A stretch of DNA of 62,000 nucleotides, taken from positions 27,796,001 through 27,858,000 of the forward strand of contig OX597818.1 in the NCBI GenBank assembly GCA_951406725.2. The letters are read 5' to 3'. The notes beneath the pieces were generated by a model. It made no database searches, was not told where the DNA came from, and saw only the letters and a list, made by a program, of their open reading frames with translations. Of this stretch, positions 57,168 through 62,000 are shown one piece after another. The DNA comes from Octopus vulgaris. Taxonomy: Eukaryota. The position numbers were made by a program, and so were the translations under genes. How positions within the stretch are numbered: the stretch's first letter is position 1; every line of letters begins with the position of its first letter.

Positions 57168-57298
57168 TCATCATCATCATCATCATCATCATTTAACGTC
57201 CGCTTTCCATGCTAGCATGGGTTGGACGGTTCAACTGGGGTCTGGGGAGCCCGAAGGCTGCACCAGGCCAGTCAGATCTGGCAGTGTTTCTACAGCTG
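57168..57298 (-). mobile_element. RTE 3' tail fragment replacing part of one duplication unit
   Basis: (CAT)n tail and palindrome, truncated at tacagctg and joined directly to aggtgagagactg. Absent from the sister units. Confidence 0.8.
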
Positions 57299-57448
57299 AG
57301 GTGAGAGACTGATAGATAAAGTACTAGACTTAAAAATGTATATAAAGTAAGTGCTGAAGTTTACTTGTTACTTTCTGTGCAAAAGCAATATATTTAAAAA
57401 CATTCTCCCCAAACAATAAAGATGCCCACTTTTATTTCACTTTTAAAG

Positions 57449-57508
57449 GTGAGAGAGAGCAAGATTCTGAAGATAGTGAGCCCAGATATTTACCTATGAA
57501 ACACCCAG
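57449..57508 (+). CDS. Tail exon A3: GEREQDSEDSEPRYLPMKHP (no B partner)
   Basis: Intact splice sites. The downstream intron is rearranged after about 20 nt. Confidence 0.6.
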
Positions 57509-58364
57509 GTAAGTACAATCAATATTGTACAATCATAATGCAGTATATAAGCACATATGTGATGAGAATCCATTATATGAATAAACTAAATAATTATATG
57601 ACTAATATTGAATACAATAGATGCTTGCCCACACATGAGACACAAAGTATTAAAGAGATATGCAATGGAGATGCCACATGTAAACAAACACTGGAACTGA
57701 ATATAGAAAAAGGACAATGGAGTATATGCCATATTTCAGGAGTTCTTGCCCTTTTATCAGCACCTATCCAACCCATTAATCATCTACGAATTCATTGTTT
57801 GAATAACCACTATATCTAATTCATTGTTGGTTTACATCTGGCATATCAGGTACGAATTGTTGTAACAAAATCACTGCTTTATTTATATGAATAAACTAAA
57901 TAATTATATGACTAATTTTGAATGCAATAGATGCTTGCCTACACATGATACACAAAGTATTAAACAGATATGCAATGGTGAATGTGATCAGCTTTAGTTG
58001 TTGAGTATACAAAGTTACTCTCGCTTGTCGATTACTCTAGCAAGAAAGAAACCTTAGAAACAATCTAATTTCTATAAATGTATTTGTGAGTGGCTACATC
58101 ATCATTTTTAATTATCAGTTTAAATATTTAAGTGACAGAATCAGTACAATATTGTACTCTAACATTGATGGAGTAAAAATTAGTGTCAATATATTCTGTG
58201 ATCAAAGCCCATTGAGGTAAGAGACTGATAGATAAAGTACTAGGCTTAAAAATGTATGTAAAGTAAGTGCTGAAGTTTACTTGTTACTTTCTGTGCAAAA
58301 GCAATATATTTAAAAACATTCTCCCCAAACAATAATGATGCCCACTTTTATTTCACTTTTAAAG

Positions 58365-58424
58365 GTGAGAGAGAGCAAGATTCTGAAGATAGTGAGCCCA
58401 GATATTTACCTATGAAACACCCAG
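58365..58424 (+). CDS. Tail exon A4: GEREQDSEDSEPRYLPMKHP
   Basis: Intact splice sites. 60 nt, phase 1-1. Confidence 0.72.
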
Positions 58425-58664
58425 GTAAGTACAATCAATATTGTTAGTACATAGCATGATTTTTAAAATGATCTTAAAGAAAAACCAACAATCATGGAAT
58501 GTATATTCTCATTTAGTCTGTTAACATATTTCTACATGCATATATGTGTGTGTGAGTGTGCTTGAGTCCATGTCATTAGTGTTTATTATGGCAATATCAC
58601 AACAATACTAACATGATATAAATGTAATTTATAGCCATGACTTAAATACATTGATTTCTCATAG

Positions 58665-58706
58665 ACATGAATGATGTTTATGTCAGTGTCTCCAGGAAAC
58701 CTGATG
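58665..58706 (+). CDS. Tail exon B4: DMNDVYVSVSRKPD
   Basis: Intact splice sites. Two synonymous differences from B2 (GTC TCC vs GTT TCA). Confidence 0.72.
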
Positions 58707-59413
58707 GTAAGTGCATTAGCAATCCATAAAAAATATTACATGCACTGGAGCAAGAGTTAACAAATATCATGGTTCAGTGTTTCATTGGGTAGTATAGTCA
58801 GTTTAACTTATGCCTTTTATCTTTTACTTGTTTCAGTCATTGCACTGCAGCAATGATAATCCCTCAACTTGGACAAATATTGGTTTCTCATGCCAGACTG
58901 CAAAGCTCTCTTGATATATATAAACCTCGCTAAAGTGACATCAACTGTGCTTGTGCTACGTAAAAGGCATTAAGTCCACTCTGTTGAGTGGTTGGTTTTA
59001 AGAAGGGATTCCAGTTGTAAACATCCTGCCAAATGACTTACAGAATTCTAGTGCAGTCTTCAACCTGATCTGCATTTGTCAAACTGTCCGACTTGTGCCA
59101 GGATGGAATGCGTACAGTAAATGACGAGGATGAGGATGTTGATGATATAATTATGTTCATACAATAGGGTACTTTCAGTTTCTTTCTGCCAAATCCATTT
59201 ATGAGGTTTTTGTTGGCCTGAAGCTTTAGAAGAAAATGCAATGTGAATGTGGTTGGGAAGCTAGCTGCTTATCACACAGTAATACCCGTGCCTATGTATG
59301 TTTGTATATAAATTATAGAACTTATTTTTTTGGTTTCTTTCTATGCAGCATCAAACATTTAAAACATACTCTGCAAACAATAAATATGCCCATTTTTATA
59401 TAATGTCTTGTAG

Positions 59414-59473
59414 ATGTGAAAGAGCAGCATGCTGAAGGTAGTAAGCATGAATATGTATATATAAAAGAACTGG
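59414..59473 (+). pseudogene. Diverged A-type exon with dead donor: DVKEQHAEGSKHEYVYIKEL
   Basis: tcttgtag acceptor, 60 nt, open. Flanks are homologous to the A exon flanks, but the donor reads G|ggaagt instead of G|gtaagt. Confidence 0.65.
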
Positions 59474-60406
59474 GGAAGTGCTATAAATATTGTTAGTACA
59501 CAGCATGATTTCTGAAATTATCTTAAAAAATTTAATGACATGCAGAGACAAGGTGTTTTGTTAACCAAACATAATAGAGTACAAAGTATATTAAACCATT
59601 TTATAAGTCAATATCATGTACTACTGAGTTAGCTGTGCTCTTAAATCTCGTGTTCAGGTCATCTCTACTATTTTTCTTTTGGAATTATAACCAGCATTGA
59701 TTTCGTTATGACATTTGGTATATGAGATGCCACATGTAAACAAACACTGGAATTGAATATAGAAAAAGGACAATGGAATATATGCGATATTTTAGCAGTT
59801 TTTGCCCTTTTATCAGCACCTATCCAACCTTTAATCATCCATGAATTCGTTGTTTGAATAACCACTATATCAAATACATTGTTGGTTTACATCTGGTATG
59901 AAATGTTGTAACAAAATCACTGCTGTATTTATACGAATAAACTAAATAATTATATGACTAATATTGAATGCAATAGATGCTTGCCTACACATGATACACT
60001 AAGTATTAAACAGATATGCAATGGTGAATGTGATCAGCTTTAGTTGTTGAGTATCCAAAGTTACTCTCGCTTGTTGATTACTCTAGCAAGAAAAAAACCT
60101 TAGAAACAATCTAATTTCTATAAATGTATTTGTGAGTGGCTACATCATCATTTTTAATTATCAGTTTAAATATTGAAGTGATGGAATCAGTACAATATTG
60201 TACTAAACATTGATGGAATAAAAATTAGTGTCAATATATTCTGAGGTCAAAGTCCATTGAGGTGAGAGACTGATATATAAAGTATTAGGCTAAAAGTATA
60301 TATAAAGTATGTCCTGAAGTTTACTTGTTACTTTCTGCGCAATAACAATATATTAAAACATTCTCCCCAAACAATAAAGATGCCCACTTTTATTTCATTT
60401 TTAAAG

Positions 60407-60466
60407 CTGAGAGAGAACAAGATTCTGAAGATAGTGAGCCCAGATATTTACCTATGAAACACCCAG
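60407..60466 (+). CDS. Tail exon A5: AEREQDSEDSEPRYLPMKHP
   Basis: Intact splice sites. 60 nt, phase 1-1. Confidence 0.75.
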
Positions 60467-60710
60467 GTAAGTACAATCAATATTGTTAGTACATAGCATG
60501 ATCTTTAAAATGATCTTAAAGAAACACCAACAATCATGAAATGTATATTCTCATTTAGTCTGTTAACATATTTCTACACGCATATATGTGTGTGTGAGTG
60601 TGTTTGAGTCCATGTCATTAGTGTTTATTATGCTAATATCACAAAAATACTAACATGATATAAATGTAATTTATAGCTATAACATAAATACTTGCATAAA
60701 TTTCTCATAG

Positions 60711-60752
60711 ACGTGGATGATGTTTATGTCAGTGTTTCAAGGAAACCTGATG
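60711..60752 (+). CDS. Tail exon B5: DVDDVYVSVSRKPD
   Basis: ttctcatag acceptor, gtaaat donor. 42 nt, phase 1-1. Confidence 0.72.
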
Positions 60753-61604
60753 GTAAATGCATTAGCAATCCATAAATAAATTACATGCACTGGAGCAAGA
60801 GTTAGCAAATATCATGGTTCAGTGTTTCATTGAGCAGTATAGTCAGTTTAATTTATGCCTTTTATCACTTGTTTCAGTCATTGCACTGCAGCAATGATAA
60901 TGACTCAAGTGGAACAAATATTGGTTTCTCATGCCAGACTGCAAAGCTCTCTTGATATATAAAAACCTTGCTAAAATGACCACACCTCTGCTTGAGCCAC
61001 GTAGAAAGCATCAAGTCCACTCTGCTGAGTGGTTGGTTTTAAGAAATGTCTAAGTACTCTCGATATTGTTAGTACACAGCTTGATTTCAGAAAGTATCTT
61101 TAAAAAATATTGCCCCAGCATGGCCGCAGCCTTCAGACTGAAACATTTTAAAGGATTTTAAAGATTTATGTAGAAACAAGGTGTTTTGTTAATCAAACAT
61201 AACATACTCCAATGTATATTAAACCATTTTATAAGTCAATATCATGTACTACTAAGTTAGCTATACGCCTAAATCACGTTTTAAGGTCATCTCTACTGTT
61301 TTTCTTTTGGAATTATAACCAGCTTTGATTTTGTTATGACATTTCGTATCTGAGATGCCACATGTAAACAAACACTAGAATTGAATATAGAAAAAGGACA
61401 ATGGAATATATGCCGTATTTCAGGAGTTTCTGCCCTTTTATCAGCACCTATCCAACCCATAAATTATTCATGAATTCATTGATGGAATAACCATTATATC
61501 TAATAATTCATTGTTGGTTTACATTTGGCATATCAGGTATGAAATGTTGTAACAAAATCACTGCTTGAATACAAAGATGGAGACCAAACACAAAGACATA
61601 TACA

Positions 61605-61643
<39 letters not shown>

Positions 61644-61645
<2 letters not shown>

Positions 61646-62000
61646 TCATCATCATCATCATCATTTAGCGTCCGCGTTCCATGCTAGCATGAGTTGGACG
61701 GTTCAACTGGGGTCTGTGAAGCTGGAAGGCTTCGTCAGGCCCAGTCAGATCTGGCAGTGTTTCTACGGCTGGATGCCCTTCCTAACGCCAACCACTCCGT
61801 GAGTGTAGTGGGTGTTTTTTATGTGCCACCTGCTCAGGTGCCAGACAGAGCTGGCAAACGGCCACGAATGGATGGTGCTTTTACGTGTCACCGGCACGGG
61901 GCCAGGCGATGCTGGCAACGGACACGAACGGATGGTGCTTTTACGTCCCACCGACACGGGGCCACACAGAGCTGGCAAACGGCCACGAACGGATGGTGCT
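61644..62000 (-). mobile_element. RTE LINE 3' end with about 60-bp UTR tandem repeats, runs off the window
   Basis: (CAT)n tail after (TA)n; close match to 48718-49020. Confidence 0.9.

Larger units (their letters stand above)
56491..61565 (+). repeat. Array of about 1-2 kb tandem duplication units carrying the A and B exons
   Basis: The same intronic blocks recur at about 56500, 59520 and 61170 (caaggt..tttgttaa.caaac), at 56710, 57670, 59725 and 61355 (gagatg.cac.t.aacaaacact), and at 57000, 57970 and 60015. Confidence 0.9.

Noticed and set aside
43378-60752. Calling the tyrosine motifs ITIMs
   Set aside because: For the YETI, YVxV and YLxx motifs the Y-2 residue is D or P, not I/V/L/S, so they do not fit the ITIM consensus.
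61790-62000. CRISPR-like regularly spaced repeats (also at 48880-49070 and 31440-31830)
   Set aside because: These are tandem repeats of the RTE 3' UTR with no unique spacers, in eukaryotic context.

Overview
AT-rich, microsatellite- and transposon-dense animal DNA. The repeat families (tRNA-derived SINEs, RTE LINEs with (CAT)n tails) look like Octopus or another coleoid cephalopod; this is an inference. The window is mostly one + strand spliced gene that the ORF track only partly shows, and its 5' end is probably upstream. It encodes a type I membrane Ig-superfamily receptor: three Ig-like exons (4854-5102, 7220-7474, 9668-9976), a TM exon (13598-13699) and a cytoplasmic tail built from tiny exons spread over about 42 kb. 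The distal tail is a tandem array of a two-exon module. A 60-nt A exon (xEREQD[A/S]EDSEPRYL[SV/PM]KHP) is followed by a 42-nt B exon (DxxD[I/V]YV[N/S]VxRKPD). All are phase 1-1, and each A+B pair spells an ITAM-spaced E-x-x-Y-x-x-hydrophobic-x8-Y-x-x-V motif. There are five A copies, four B copies, one older B-like exon and one donor-dead A-like exon. The introns hold RTE, CR1, R4/Dong-like, Penelope, Gypsy, Tc1, Helitron-like and SINE relics. They also hold a palindromic MITE, a 28S rRNA fragment fused to a SINE head, a decayed hammerhead ribozyme and a perfect 1.3-kb (ATG)n tract. Exons were inferred by eye from splice signals and frame continuity; no transcript evidence was available.
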